A stretch of DNA of 64,000 nt from Phototrophicaceae bacterium (GTDB lineage: Bacteria > Chloroflexota > Anaerolineae > Aggregatilineales > Phototrophicaceae): NCBI GenBank assembly GCA_965116975.1, contig OZ220735.1, positions 2,370,871 to 2,434,870 of the forward strand, given 5' to 3'. Under the pieces are notes generated by a model, which was not told the DNA's origin, did not search any database, and worked only from the letters and a program-made list of their open reading frames with translations. This document shows positions 38,777-49,216 of this stretch, one piece after another. Numbering within the stretch: the stretch's first letter is position 1; every line of letters begins with the position of its first letter. The translations under genes and the position numbers were made by a program.

Positions 38777-38785
38777 TGATATAAT
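38777..38785 (+). promoter_or_regulatory. Candidate extended -10 promoter element for icd
   Basis: TGaTATAAT lies about 48 nt upstream of the icd ATG, with only a weak -35 (ATACAA). The RBS AAGGAG is at 38815..38820. Confidence 0.35.
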
Positions 38786-38832
38786 CGCGCGATTAGACTG
38801 ATCAAGCCAAAGGAAAAGGAGACCATTGAAAG

Positions 38833-40089
38833 ATGGCTTACGAGCGAATATCTGCGCCAGCCACCGGCGACAAGATCACATTCTCCAACGGCAGGATGAA
38901 TGTTCCGGACAAGCCCATCCTGTTGTTCATCGAAGGTGATGGCATCGGTTACGACATCATGACCGCCAGCAAACGCATCTGGGACGCGGCTGTTGACAAA
39001 GCCTACAATGGCAGCAAAGCAGTCTCCTGGATGGAAGTCTATGCGGGCGAGAAAGCGGCCGGCGTCTACGACGGGGATTATATGCCGGAAGAGACATTCG
39101 ACGCCTTTCGCGAATTCAAGGTCGGCATCAAGGGACCGCTAACAACGCCGGTCGGGGGCGGCTTTCGCAGTCTGAACGTTACCTTGCGCCAGGTGCTTGA
39201 CCTGTATAGTTGCGTGAGGCCGGTTCGCTGGTTCAGCGGCGTGCCCAGCCCGTTAAAGCATCCCGAAGACGTCGATGTGGTGATCTTCCGCGAGAATACC
39301 GAAGATACCTATGCGGGTATCGAATTCGAATCGGGCTCTGAAGAGAACAAGAAGTTAGCAGACTTCTTGAAGAACGAATTGGGCGCCACGAACTTTTTCC
39401 CCGATGCGGGACTAGGCATCAAGCCGATCAGCCCCTTCGGCAGCAAACGTTTGATACGCGCCGCCATTCAGTACGCCATCGAGCGCCGCCGCAGCAGCGT
39501 CACATTGGTGCACAAAGGCAATATCCAGAAGTTCACGGAAGGCGCGTTTCAAAAGTGGGGCTACGAACTGGCGCGCGAAGAATTCCCGCAAGAAACAATC
39601 TCTTGGGACGAAGTCGCCGACAAACACGCTGGCCAGGTTCCCGAAGGCAAGATTTTGATCCAGGACACCATAGCCGATATCATGTTCCAGAAGATGCTGC
39701 TACGCCCCCGCGAGCACGATGTCATCGCCACGACCAATCTCAATGGCGACTATCTCAGCGACGCGCTGGCGGCTGAAGTCGGTGGAGTCGGCATCGCGCC
39801 CGGCGCCAATATCGGCGACGAGATCGCCCTGTTCGAGGCCACTCACGGCACCGCGCCGAAGTACACCAACAAAGATATGGTCAATCCGGGTTCGCTGCTC
39901 TTCAGTGGCGTTATGATGCTGGAACATCTGAATTGGTTTGAGGCAGCTGAGCTGATCACCAAAGCCTATGAAAAGACGATAGAACAGCGCTGCGTTACTT
40001 ATGATTTCGCGCGCCAAATGGAGAATGCCACCAAGGTCTCCACCAGCGAATTCGCGACTCGCATCATCGAGAATATGGACATCGTCTAA
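38833..40089 (+). CDS. icd: NADP-dependent isocitrate dehydrogenase
   Basis: 418 aa with the blocks [38 protein letters not shown] and [13 protein letters not shown]. Confidence 0.96.
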   Translation: MAYERISAPATGDKITFSNGRMNVPDKPILLFIEGDGIGYDIMTASKRIWDAAVDKAYNGSKAVSWMEVYAGEKAAGVYDGDYMPEETFDAFREFKVGIKGPLTTPVGGGFRSLNVTLRQVLDLYSCVRPVRWFSGVPSPLKHPEDVDVVIFRENTEDTYAGIEFESGSEENKKLADFLKNELGATNFFPDAGLGIKPISPFGSKRLIRAAIQYAIERRRSSVTLVHKGNIQKFTEGAFQKWGYELAREEFPQETISWDEVADKHAGQVPEGKILIQDTIADIMFQKMLLRPREHDVIATTNLNGDYLSDALAAEVGGVGIAPGANIGDEIALFEATHGTAPKYTNKDMVNPGSLLFSGVMMLEHLNWFEAAELITKAYEKTIEQRCVTYDFARQMENATKVSTSEFATRIIENMDIV

Positions 40090-40104
40090 TGTGATCCCTG
40101 TCGA

Positions 40105-40142
40105 GGGCAGCGCGAATCCCCGCTGCCCTTGGCTTGTTTTCG
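40105..40142 (+). terminator. Intrinsic terminator after icd
   Basis: The 8-bp GC-rich hairpin GGGCAGCG-cgaatccc-CGCTGCCC is followed by TTGGCTTGTTTTCG. Confidence 0.65.
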
Positions 40143-40190
40143 TCTACATCACCATTTGAAGAGCCAATGAAGTTCCAAGAGCGGCGGCGC

Positions 40191-41213
40191 TTAGTTCGCC
40201 TCTTGCGGAGCGCCAGCCAAGCTGAGTTCCTCTGCGAAATGACAAGATGCCCATTGCCCCGGAGACACTTCGCGCAAGGTCGGTGCTTCGTCGCGGCAGA
40301 TCGCCTTGGCATAGCGGCAGCGCGGGTGGAAATAGCAGCCTGTGGGCGGCTGAGCTGGATTAGCGATTTCGCCAGGCAGAATGATACGTTCCTTTTCAAC
40401 ATCGGGATCGGGCGTGGGCACAGCGGAGAGCAAGGCTTCGGTATAGGGGTGCTTCGGGAAGAAGAATAGTTGGTCGCGCTTGGCAACCTCAACTATTTTA
40501 CCCACGTACATCACCGCTACTCTGTCCGAAATATGTTCAACCACGCTCAAGTCATGGGCGATAAACAGATATGACAAGCCAAATTCTCGCTGTAAATCCT
40601 GCAGCAAATTGAGTATTTGCGCTTGCGTCGAAACGTCAAGCGCGGATACCGGCTCGTCCGCAACAATCAGGCGGGGATTGGTCGCTAGCGCCCTGGCCAC
40701 GCCAATGCGCTGACGCTGCCCGCCACTGAAGGCGTGCGGATAGCGCCTTAGGTGCTTGGCTTCTAAGCCCACGACCTCCATCAAGTGCGCCACCCTATCT
40801 TCAAGCGCTTTGCCCCTCGCCATCTTCGCCAGTCTAAGCGGTTCGCCGACGATATCCAGAATTGTCCAACGCGGGTCCAGCGAAAAAAAAGGATCCTGAA
40901 AGATCATATTTGCCTGCGGACGCACGACGCGCAATTCCTTGTCGCTCAACTGCGCCATGTCGACGATACGATCTTCGGTGATCTGGAATTGGATGGAGCC
41001 GCTCGTAGGTTGGAGCGCGCGCAAGATGCAGCGGCCCACTGTCGTCTTGCCGGAACCGGACTCGCCTACCAGTCCCAGGGTTTCGCCAGGCGCGATCTGC
41101 AAGCTAATATCGTCGACCGCCTTTACTTGACCGACAACGCGCCGGAGGAAACCTTTTTCTACGGGGAAGTATTTTTTCAGTCCCGCCACTTTTAAGATGG
41201 GTTGCGCGCTCAT
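40191..41213 (-). CDS. Opp/Dpp-family ABC transporter ATP-binding protein (OppF-like)
   Basis: 340 aa with Walker [10 protein letters not shown], signature [15 protein letters not shown] and the C-terminal Cys-rich oligopeptide-ABC tail ([10 protein letters not shown]...C). Confidence 0.9.
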   Translation of the reverse strand: MSAQPILKVAGLKKYFPVEKGFLRRVVGQVKAVDDISLQIAPGETLGLVGESGSGKTTVGRCILRALQPTSGSIQFQITEDRIVDMAQLSDKELRVVRPQANMIFQDPFFSLDPRWTILDIVGEPLRLAKMARGKALEDRVAHLMEVVGLEAKHLRRYPHAFSGGQRQRIGVARALATNPRLIVADEPVSALDVSTQAQILNLLQDLQREFGLSYLFIAHDLSVVEHISDRVAVMYVGKIVEVAKRDQLFFFPKHPYTEALLSAVPTPDPDVEKERIILPGEIANPAQPPTGCYFHPRCRYAKAICRDEAPTLREVSPGQWASCHFAEELSLAGAPQEAN

Positions 41214-42268
41214 GGGACGGTTTCCTGTCGCTCGTCATGCAAGAAACAGCGCGCGAAGTGATTGTCTTCAATTTCCACTAGCGCCGGCATAGACACATCA
41301 CAGGCGCCGTCGATGCGATCCGGACAGCGCGCGCAAAAGCCGCAGGCGATGGGTAAATCAATTGGCGTGGGCACGGTCCCTTCAATCGTTTGCAAGCGCG
41401 TTCGCCGCTGCCCAATGCGCGGCGTCGAAGCCAACAAGCGGCGTGTATAGGGATGCAATGGATTGTGGAATATGTCTCGTACCGAACCTTCCTCTACGAT
41501 CTGTCCCAAATACATCACCGCCACCTTGTCGCAGATTTCCGCGATGATGCCCAAATCGTGCGTGATGTAGAGGACAGCCATATTGAATTGCGCTTGCGAC
41601 TGCGCCAGCAAATCGAGTATCTGCGCTTGCACGGTAACGTCTAATGCGGTGGTAGGTTCGTCAGCGATCAGCAGCCGCGGCTGACAAGATAGCGCCATCG
41701 CAATCATCACGCGCTGGCGCATACCGCCGGAAAAATGGTGCGGGTATTCCTCCATACGCTGAATGGGGTTGGGGATCCCGACCAAATCAAGCATTTCCAA
41801 GGCGATCTCATAGGCTTCGCGCTTGTTCGGCGTGACATGCAGCCTCACCGCTTCTATCAGTTGATTGCCGATGCTGTGAATCGGCGACAAACTGGACATC
41901 GGTTCCTGGAAGACCATCGCGATCTCGTTGCCGCGAATAGCGCGGATCTCTGAACCGGTCTGGTCGAGTTGAGCCAGATCGATTTTGCCGCCCAGCTCGC
42001 CGAAATAATTGATGCTGCCGCCGACGATCTGGCCCCGCTTGGGCACCAGGCGCATCAAAGCCTGGGCTGTCACGGTCTTGCCACAGCCGCTTTCCCCGAT
42101 AAGACCGAAGATCTGCCGCTCGGCGATAGTGAAGCTGACGCGATCAACCGCCTTTAGCGTGCCTTCGTCAACATGGAAGCGCACACTCAAGTTGTCGACA
42201 TCGATTAGCGGTTGCGCCTGCTTGCGCGAATCTGGGGAGCCGTACATTGGCACATTAACCCGTTTCAT
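41210..42268 (-). CDS. Opp/Dpp-family ABC transporter ATP-binding protein (OppD-like)
   Basis: 352 aa with Walker [10 protein letters not shown] and signature [15 protein letters not shown]. It overlaps oppF-like by 4 nt and the upstream GH2 by 14 nt. The start may be the internal ATG at 42247. Confidence 0.9.
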   Translation of the reverse strand: MKRVNVPMYGSPDSRKQAQPLIDVDNLSVRFHVDEGTLKAVDRVSFTIAERQIFGLIGESGCGKTVTAQALMRLVPKRGQIVGGSINYFGELGGKIDLAQLDQTGSEIRAIRGNEIAMVFQEPMSSLSPIHSIGNQLIEAVRLHVTPNKREAYEIALEMLDLVGIPNPIQRMEEYPHHFSGGMRQRVMIAMALSCQPRLLIADEPTTALDVTVQAQILDLLAQSQAQFNMAVLYITHDLGIIAEICDKVAVMYLGQIVEEGSVRDIFHNPLHPYTRRLLASTPRIGQRRTRLQTIEGTVPTPIDLPIACGFCARCPDRIDGACDVSMPALVEIEDNHFARCFLHDERQETVP

Positions 42269-44816
42269 CCGCGTTCCATGCGGCTGCGCGAACGCCAGCC
42301 TGATGGCTTGTCAAGACATTTCGCTCTTCACCGGGCTCGAGCCAGAAGTAGCTGTCGTCGCAGCTGAACTCGTGAGAGATTTCGGGGCAAATAAAATGAA
42401 CTCCGACGGCGGGCCGATCGCCGATATTGCCGACTGTCAAATACTCCGGGTGGTCTCGCTTGAGGCTAAGTCGCGTCCGCGGCAAGTTAAACAGGCAACC
42501 TTGAATCTCCGCGTAATTCAGCCAATAGAAGACACGATCCACAATCATGTTACCCGTTAAAAGACCGATCTCCGCCACGATAAACAAGGGGCAATTCCAG
42601 GTCTGGTCGGTGTCCAGGCGGAAGTCGAATAGGCGATGGACCGTATCGGGCGAGCCAGTGCCGGCATGACTATACTGGTCAAGAATCTGCAAATCGCTGC
42701 CAAAAGCTCGGACGTTGACGATCCAATTCTGCATGTCCAGATCGCCCCGGTCATCCAGCAAGTATACCGGGAAGCTGGCGGGCGCGCCGACGCAGGACAA
42801 TCTGTCGAACAGCACGCAGACGTGGTGCGGGTGGTAAGCCTGACGCAAGATGTGATAGGCAAGCTTGGGAGCGCCATACCAGTCCACCGTCGCCCAAGAG
42901 GCGGCGGGATTGTTATCGGTCAGCTTGTAATAGCAGATGCCAGTCGCTTGGGGCCAGCGCGTCCGCGCCAGCTCCAGCGTATGCCGCATGCCGGTTGCTT
43001 GCGCCATTTGCATGCCGAGGATGAAGTTCTTAAGCGAGTCGTTCGCTACGAAATCTGCGACATACTGCGTCATAATCGCTTGTTCGGCTTTAAGATTAAA
43101 GACCGGCATGCGATGGGTGAATCCGCTGTCGCTGGCGGGAGGCCAAGCCGCCAGTTCCTCGGCGGGCAAATAGCGTTCAACGGATTCGTAATTGGGCAGG
43201 GACGCCAGACCGAATTCGCCGATGAAAGGCGCGGAAAGCGTGAGATTGTAGTTAAGCGGCTGCTTCTGCCAAAAAACATGATAGCTGTGAATGCTACCGC
43301 CCCAGGGTTCACCGCGGTGGAAAGCGCGACTGCCGTCGAGCTCGTAACTTGCCCTGCCCATCATGTCAATCGCTTCGCCAAAAGGCTCGCCAGATTCGTT
43401 GCCCCCGCCCCACATCACCAGCGATGGATGATTGCGCAGACGAATGGTATTGTGCCGCACGGTTTCTTCCAGAATGTCGTAGGGTTGTATGCGGTGGCTG
43501 TTCCAGGCGGTGGGCCATTCTTGCAATATCATCAAGCCGCAGCGGTCAGCCACATCATAGAACTCGTCCGTTTCCGGCATGCCGCTGCCCCAGGCGCGCA
43601 GCAATTGCATGTGCGAATCGCGAGCCAGATGCAAGAAACGCTCGTAACGATGACGATCAAAACGCAGCAAGGCGTCAATCGTGCACCAATTCGCGCCCTT
43701 GACAAAAATCGGTTTGCCATTGACGACGAAGGTCCAATTGTACAGTTCCGGATCGGGTCCGTCGGGAAGCGGCGCCATTTCAATTGTGCGGATACCGAAG
43801 GTGAAGTCTACACAGTCTAGCGCCACGCCTTCCGAGACAAAAGCCAGTCGCATACGGTATATATTGGGCGAACCATAATCGACGGGCCACCACTGCCTGG
43901 CTTCCGGGATCTTCAGCTCAAGCAAGACGGACTGCGCCTTCCCCGCCTCGGCCACTTGATAAGTGAATTGGCAGGGGGCGCCGTCGAAGTTTTCCGGCTC
44001 AATCGCGCCCTGGAGGCGGCCCGAAAAACCAGCTCCGCCGCTTTCCAGCCTTGTATGCAGCCGGACGAGGCCCGCCCCGGCGTCCAGCGTCGCGACGAAG
44101 GGATCTTCAATGGATACTTCGGGCTGCTCGCGCAGCGTTACGGAACGCCAAATACCTAGCGTGGGCAAATCAATATAGTGCCAACCGTAAATGTTGTTGA
44201 TAACAGCTGTATCCAGCCAGCCTACGTTCATGCCAAGAAAGAAGTCATTGGGCTCGCCGCTGCTGATGCGAACCGGCACGGGATCGAGCCGAACGACGAT
44301 GGTGTTTTCGCCGTCAACAAGCAAGGCGGATACGTCATAATTCAGTTCGGCGAACATGCCTGTGTGATTGCCCAGCTTCTCGCCATTCAACCAAACTGAG
44401 CAAGAATCGCAGATCCCGCCAAAGACAAGCCGCGCATTGGCGACCCCCTCGGGGCGCTCGAAGCGGCGCATGAGCCACCAGGTCTTGAAGCTCTCTTGCT
44501 TGGCGATCTCGTCATTGCGGCCGATATAGGGATCCGGTATTCGCCCCGCGGCGAGCAAAGCGCTATGTACGCTGCCCGGTACAAGGGCGGGCATGGCATC
44601 CTCCCAAGTACCTGATAATCGTTGCGCTTCCGTTCCACCTTCAGCCAGCAGCCAATCGCCATCGAGAGAGCAGCTCAGAGGCCAGCGCAGAGGACGGCGC
44701 ATATCGGCGCTGCCGCCGGGCGCAAGCGCGACGACATCGGCATGACCGCTGATTGGAGAAGGATTGGACCCAAAAGATTCGCGTTCAATCTGGTCAAGGC
44801 TTTTCGATTCAGCCAT
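42255..44816 (-). CDS. Glycoside hydrolase family 2, beta-mannosidase/exo-glucosaminidase-like, cytoplasmic
   Basis: 853 aa with no signal peptide. It has the candidate acid/base block MWGGGNESGEP and the nucleophile block FIGEFGLAS. It is embedded between the permease and ATPase genes of the ABC operon. Confidence 0.85.
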   Translation of the reverse strand: MAESKSLDQIERESFGSNPSPISGHADVVALAPGGSADMRRPLRWPLSCSLDGDWLLAEGGTEAQRLSGTWEDAMPALVPGSVHSALLAAGRIPDPYIGRNDEIAKQESFKTWWLMRRFERPEGVANARLVFGGICDSCSVWLNGEKLGNHTGMFAELNYDVSALLVDGENTIVVRLDPVPVRISSGEPNDFFLGMNVGWLDTAVINNIYGWHYIDLPTLGIWRSVTLREQPEVSIEDPFVATLDAGAGLVRLHTRLESGGAGFSGRLQGAIEPENFDGAPCQFTYQVAEAGKAQSVLLELKIPEARQWWPVDYGSPNIYRMRLAFVSEGVALDCVDFTFGIRTIEMAPLPDGPDPELYNWTFVVNGKPIFVKGANWCTIDALLRFDRHRYERFLHLARDSHMQLLRAWGSGMPETDEFYDVADRCGLMILQEWPTAWNSHRIQPYDILEETVRHNTIRLRNHPSLVMWGGGNESGEPFGEAIDMMGRASYELDGSRAFHRGEPWGGSIHSYHVFWQKQPLNYNLTLSAPFIGEFGLASLPNYESVERYLPAEELAAWPPASDSGFTHRMPVFNLKAEQAIMTQYVADFVANDSLKNFILGMQMAQATGMRHTLELARTRWPQATGICYYKLTDNNPAASWATVDWYGAPKLAYHILRQAYHPHHVCVLFDRLSCVGAPASFPVYLLDDRGDLDMQNWIVNVRAFGSDLQILDQYSHAGTGSPDTVHRLFDFRLDTDQTWNCPLFIVAEIGLLTGNMIVDRVFYWLNYAEIQGCLFNLPRTRLSLKRDHPEYLTVGNIGDRPAVGVHFICPEISHEFSCDDSYFWLEPGEERNVLTSHQAGVRAAAWNADETG

Positions 44817-44836
44817 TGTACGCTCCCTTTACGGCT

Positions 44837-45979
44837 TCAAAGCGAGTAGGGATCGGCCGCGTCGCGCAGCCCATCGCCGACAAAGTTAAACATCAATACA
44901 GTAACAATAATGAACACTGCTGGAATTAACTTCCAAGGTTGATGCACCAGCGCGCCGAAATTCATCGTATCCTGCAGCAGCACGCCCCAGCTGACGCCGG
45001 GTTCCTGCATGCCCAGCCCGATGAAGCTCAGCGCCGTCTCGCCCAAAATCATAACGGGTATCGCCAACGTCAAGGACACAATCAGGTGACTGGCGAAATT
45101 CGGCAGCAAATGGCGCGTGATAATATACAAATCGGAGCCGCCGGAAAGCTTGGATGCGACAACAAAATCCAGGTCTCGCAGCGAAAGCAGCTTGCCGCGC
45201 ACGACGCGCGCCAAGCCTGTCCAGCCCACAATCGACAGTACAATGGTGATGGCGAAATAAGTATGCGAGACGGGCCATTCGCGCGGGATGGCAGCCGAAA
45301 GCGCCATCCACAGCGGCAAGGTCGGGATGGCGATCAGCAAATCGATGATGCGCTGGATGATTTCGTCAACGATGCCGCCAATATATCCGGAGATGCCGCC
45401 AATCAAACAGCCGAGTACAAAGCTGATAGCGACGCCGCCCAAACCCACAAAGAGCGAAACGCGCGCCGCGATGACCGTGCGCGAGAACAGATCGCGACTG
45501 ACCGAATCGCTGCCGAAGAGCGTGATGTTCGCGCCTTCGTCGACGCCGAAGAGATGCAGATCCAGCTCGAACAAGCCCAGAATCTTGTATGACTCGCCAT
45601 TTACAAAAAAGTGAATGGGGAACTTTTTGTCTTCCTCTTCGGTATAAATCTCGCGAAAGGTCTTGGGGTGAAAGCTGCGTTTGCGCGCGTAGACATAAGG
45701 CTGAAATATGTTGCCGTCCACGCCGAAGCGGATGACGCTCGGCGGCGCGTCCTTGAAGCCTTTCAGGCGCGTATCAGCCCGATATGGCGCGATGAAATCG
45801 GCGAATATCGCCATCAGATACAGCGCGCATAGCACCGGCAAGCCCAAGCGCGCCAGCCGATGACGCCAGAAGCGCCGCCTGATTAGCTTCCCGCGCGACA
45901 AATACTCGATGGATCTGTCACTGTTGTCGCGGGTAAAGCGTTCCGGCGCCAGCGTCGTGGCGTCTTCTGGTACTTCCAT
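44837..45979 (-). CDS. Opp/Dpp-family ABC transporter permease (OppC-like)
   Basis: 380 aa with multiple TM helices and the EAA-type loop block (VVASKLSGGSDLYIITRHLLPN). Confidence 0.88.
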   Translation of the reverse strand: MEVPEDATTLAPERFTRDNSDRSIEYLSRGKLIRRRFWRHRLARLGLPVLCALYLMAIFADFIAPYRADTRLKGFKDAPPSVIRFGVDGNIFQPYVYARKRSFHPKTFREIYTEEEDKKFPIHFFVNGESYKILGLFELDLHLFGVDEGANITLFGSDSVSRDLFSRTVIAARVSLFVGLGGVAISFVLGCLIGGISGYIGGIVDEIIQRIIDLLIAIPTLPLWMALSAAIPREWPVSHTYFAITIVLSIVGWTGLARVVRGKLLSLRDLDFVVASKLSGGSDLYIITRHLLPNFASHLIVSLTLAIPVMILGETALSFIGLGMQEPGVSWGVLLQDTMNFGALVHQPWKLIPAVFIIVTVLMFNFVGDGLRDAADPYSL

Positions 45980-46022
45980 GGCTTAAGCCCAGTCCCGTCT
46001 TGGACAATCTGTCCGCAGCGCG

Positions 46023-47027
46023 CTAGTCATAACGAATCCTCGGGTCGAGCCAGACTAAGGCAATATCGGATATCAGCGTACCGATGAGCGTCAAGGCGCT
46101 GAGGATCATGATAATGCTGCCGGCTAGGTACATATCCTGGCGCAGGACCGCTGTCAAGAGCACGGGACCGATGGTTTGCAGGTTAAGGATAATGGACACC
46201 AAAGCCTCGCCGCCGACCATCGCCGGCAGCAGCCAGCCTATCGTGCTGAAGATGGGATTGAAGGCGATGCGCACCGGGTACTTCCAAAGCAGCCGCCTTT
46301 CGCTCAAGCCCTTCGCCCGCGCCGTGACCACATATTGCTTGTTCAATTCATCAAGAAGGTTGGCGCGCATCACGCGTATCATGCCCGCGGTTCCTGCGGT
46401 CGCAAGCACCAAGACCGGCACCCAGACATTCTTCATCATGTCAATCACCTTGGCGATCGACCAAGGCGCATGGCGGAATTCCAGGGAAAACAAACCCGTG
46501 ACGGCATGACCGGTCTGGGCAAAGACGATCCACATGATGATGATGGCGAAGAGAAAATTGGGGATAGCGAGCCCGATGAAGCCGATGAAGATCGACAGAT
46601 AATCCATGAGCGAATACTGATGCGTCGCGGAATAGATGCCGATTGGGATGGCAAAAGCCCAAACGACGATCGTCGAGACGATGGAAATGATCACCGTCGC
46701 CGGCAGCCGCTCCATGATGATGTCGGTCACCGGTTTATTGTCGTAGCTGCTGCCGTAGGACCCGAAGGACCTGCCCAAATCGCCATTGACGATGAAGTTG
46801 CGCATCCAGCGGAAGTACTGCGTGGTTAGCGGCTGGCCCAAACCATAGCGCTGTTCAAGACGATCAATCTCGGCTTCATCAACAAGCAAGCCTTGACTTT
46901 CCAGTCTCATAACATAGCTGCTCAAGTAATCGCCCGGGGGAAGCTGAATGATGAGAAATGAAATCATCGACAGCAGCGCCAGCATGGGAATGAGAATGAA
47001 AATGCGGCGAATTATTATTCCAAGCAT
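46023..47027 (-). CDS. Opp/Dpp-family ABC transporter permease (OppB-like)
   Basis: 334 aa. The N-terminal MLGIIIRRIFILIPMLALLSMISFLIIQL.PGD and the YVVTARAKGLSERRLLWKY block are the OppB/DppB signature. Confidence 0.9.
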   Translation of the reverse strand: MLGIIIRRIFILIPMLALLSMISFLIIQLPPGDYLSSYVMRLESQGLLVDEAEIDRLEQRYGLGQPLTTQYFRWMRNFIVNGDLGRSFGSYGSSYDNKPVTDIIMERLPATVIISIVSTIVVWAFAIPIGIYSATHQYSLMDYLSIFIGFIGLAIPNFLFAIIIMWIVFAQTGHAVTGLFSLEFRHAPWSIAKVIDMMKNVWVPVLVLATAGTAGMIRVMRANLLDELNKQYVVTARAKGLSERRLLWKYPVRIAFNPIFSTIGWLLPAMVGGEALVSIILNLQTIGPVLLTAVLRQDMYLAGSIIMILSALTLIGTLISDIALVWLDPRIRYD

Positions 47028-47090
47028 TTATTTTCCTTTGCCGAAAGCGCCAGTTACTCCCAAAAGTCGGCGTCGGCGCGCCAATATAAT

Positions 47091-47119
47091 TTGACTTGCA
47101 GCGTCTCATTAAGGATAAT
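47091..47119 (+). promoter_or_regulatory. Candidate sigma70-type promoter for the binding-protein gene
   Basis: TTGACT, a 17-nt spacer, then GATAAT, about 85 nt upstream of the ATG at 47205. The RBS AAGGAG is at 47193..47198. Confidence 0.4.
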
Positions 47120-47204
47120 AGCATACATGATTTGCAAAGACACATTTGCGGGTCGATTTTAATACCCATATTGAGCGAGCAGAGTTCCTAATAAGGAGAA
47201 GCAA

Positions 47205-49082
47205 ATGTCATTACCTATTCGCAAAATAGTACTTTTCTTGATTGTGTCCACCTTGATCTTTGGTCCGGGCGCGCTGGCGGGATTGACGCAGGACTGTATG
47301 TACAACGAAGCGCCAATGCTGGCGGAGATGGTCGCCGCTGGCGAATTGTCGGGACTATGCGATCGCTTGCCGGACAATCCGCTTGTGCTGGAAAGTGGCG
47401 TCTTGCTGCCGGAATCCTTCATCGCGCCGGAGATCGGCCTTTATGGCGGCGAGCTGCTTATGACTTGGCAGAACAACGTTGTCATGAAGGAGACACTCTT
47501 CAACACCCACAACCGCGATGACAATACGCTGGCGCCGAATGTCATTGAAGAATTCACCATCAGCGACGACGCCAGCGAATACAGCTTCAAGCTGCGCGCC
47601 GGGCACAAGTGGTCGGATGGCGCGCCGGTGACAACCGAGGATGTGCGCTTCGCCTATGAAGACGTGATCAGCAACGCGGAGCTGCGCCCCTCGGTCCCGA
47701 CTTACTTGCTCAGCGGCAATGTGCCAGCCGGCGCCCCGGCCACGCTCGAGATCGTGGACGAGACCACCTTCAAGTTCGTATTCGACGGACCCTATCCTGG
47801 TTTTGCCGCCAGTTTGGTTTCCCTGGGCACCGGCTACCTGGACATCATCAAGCCGAAACACTTCCTGGCGCAATTCCACAGCGACTATGGCGATGCCGAT
47901 GAGATCGCCGCGGCGGTCGAAGAAGGCGGACTCGCCGGTTGGTTTGAACTCTTCAACCAAAAGGATGTGAGCGGCTGGTCGGAAAACAGCTTGGCCGCCA
48001 TCGGCTTCCCGCAGTTGGGTCCTTGGGTCCGCGTCGAAGGACCGGAAGAAGAAGTGGTAACCCAACGCAACCCCTATTACTTCGCCGTCGACGCCGACGG
48101 CAATCAACTGCCCTATTTGGATGGACGCCGCGCTGTGATCAACCAGTGGGGCATCATGGAAACGGCGGAACTGATGATGTTCGCCGGCGACGTCCACTAC
48201 TTCTGGACCACCAGTCTGGCGAACTTGCCGCTTTTCATCGAAAACGAAGAGAATGGCAATTACAGCACCCATGTCTATCCCAACAAAGACTCGCGCATGT
48301 TCCACATCAATCTCACCTATGCGGATGAAACCTGGCGGGAAGTCACCTGGGACGCGCGTTTCCGCAATGCCTTGATGTTGGCGATTGACAGTGAAGATCT
48401 GATCAATGCCATTTACTTCGGGCAAGCGAGCCTGCCCACGATCGCGCCGAGCGATTATGATGTCGCCGCCGCAAACGCGCTGCTTGATGAAATGGGCATG
48501 ACAGAACGCGATGCCGATGGCTATCGCTTGTCGCCGAGCGGCCAGCCCTTCTCGATCTTGCTCGAAGTAGGCGCCGGCGGTGGCGACTATTCCGATCCCG
48601 CGCCCTTCTTCGTGGATTACATGAACGATATCGGCATCAAGTCCGACTTCCGCAATATCGATAGCGCCTTGCTGGGCGAGCGCCGCGCCTCAAATGAGAT
48701 GCAAGCCGGCATCAATTGGAATACAGCCCCGCTCTTCGCCGCGCACACCTTCCCGGATTACATCCCAAATGACAATTGGGGCCCGCTGTGGGGACAGTGG
48801 TATGCGGACAATGAAACGGGTGAGGAACCGCCCGATTGGATCCAGGCGCTCTACGCCATTCATGAAGATTTGGTGAGCCACCCGCCCGGCAGCGATGGTT
48901 TCGTCGCCGCCTCCGCCGCCCGCGACGCCTGGCTCTACGAGAACGTGCCCTTCTTCACCCATGTCGAGAATCCGGGCATCGTGCACATGTGGTCAAACTG
49001 CATCGGCAACGTGCCTGATGGTCCCTTCCACCACGGCTCTTGGTCGAGCCACAAGTTGATCTATTTCATGCCCGACTGCTAG
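47205..49082 (+). CDS. ABC transporter substrate-binding protein, family 5 (OppA-like), secreted
   Basis: 625 aa with an N-terminal signal sequence (IVLFLIVSTLIFGPGALAG) and a family-5 SBP size and layout. It is divergent from the Opp-type permease operon. Confidence 0.8.
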   Translation: MSLPIRKIVLFLIVSTLIFGPGALAGLTQDCMYNEAPMLAEMVAAGELSGLCDRLPDNPLVLESGVLLPESFIAPEIGLYGGELLMTWQNNVVMKETLFNTHNRDDNTLAPNVIEEFTISDDASEYSFKLRAGHKWSDGAPVTTEDVRFAYEDVISNAELRPSVPTYLLSGNVPAGAPATLEIVDETTFKFVFDGPYPGFAASLVSLGTGYLDIIKPKHFLAQFHSDYGDADEIAAAVEEGGLAGWFELFNQKDVSGWSENSLAAIGFPQLGPWVRVEGPEEEVVTQRNPYYFAVDADGNQLPYLDGRRAVINQWGIMETAELMMFAGDVHYFWTTSLANLPLFIENEENGNYSTHVYPNKDSRMFHINLTYADETWREVTWDARFRNALMLAIDSEDLINAIYFGQASLPTIAPSDYDVAAANALLDEMGMTERDADGYRLSPSGQPFSILLEVGAGGGDYSDPAPFFVDYMNDIGIKSDFRNIDSALLGERRASNEMQAGINWNTAPLFAAHTFPDYIPNDNWGPLWGQWYADNETGEEPPDWIQALYAIHEDLVSHPPGSDGFVAASAARDAWLYENVPFFTHVENPGIVHMWSNCIGNVPDGPFHHGSWSSHKLIYFMPDC

Positions 49083-49110
49083 CAGTCCGCTGCAAGCCGA
49101 GCTAAGCAAG

Positions 49111-49139
49111 AAAAGGGCTGGGGAATCCCCAGCCCTTTT
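49111..49139. terminator. Bidirectional intrinsic terminator between convergent genes
   Basis: The perfect palindrome AAAAGGGCTGGGG-aat-CCCCAGCCCTTTT has a U-run available on both strands. It lies between the SBP stop (49082) and the GH2 stop (49217). Confidence 0.8.
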
Positions 49140-49216
49140 CACTTCCATCCGGTTAATGACGCCTGTAGCGCGCCCTGCCCCATCCTGCCAAATTGCGATT
49201 ACTGCTAATCGCCCGG

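Noticed and set aside
42636-43820. Long antisense ORFs: 394 aa here, 356 aa at 47355..48425, 335 aa at 20066..21073, 262 aa at 60213..61001
   Set aside because: The three I phased (42636..43820, 47355..48425 and 20066..21073) are codon-aligned antisense to a well-supported gene (GH2, SBP, rfbB plus the hypothetical protein). The fourth lies antisense to rpoD but I did not check its phase. All have compositionally biased translations and are shadow ORFs typical of moderately GC-rich genomes.
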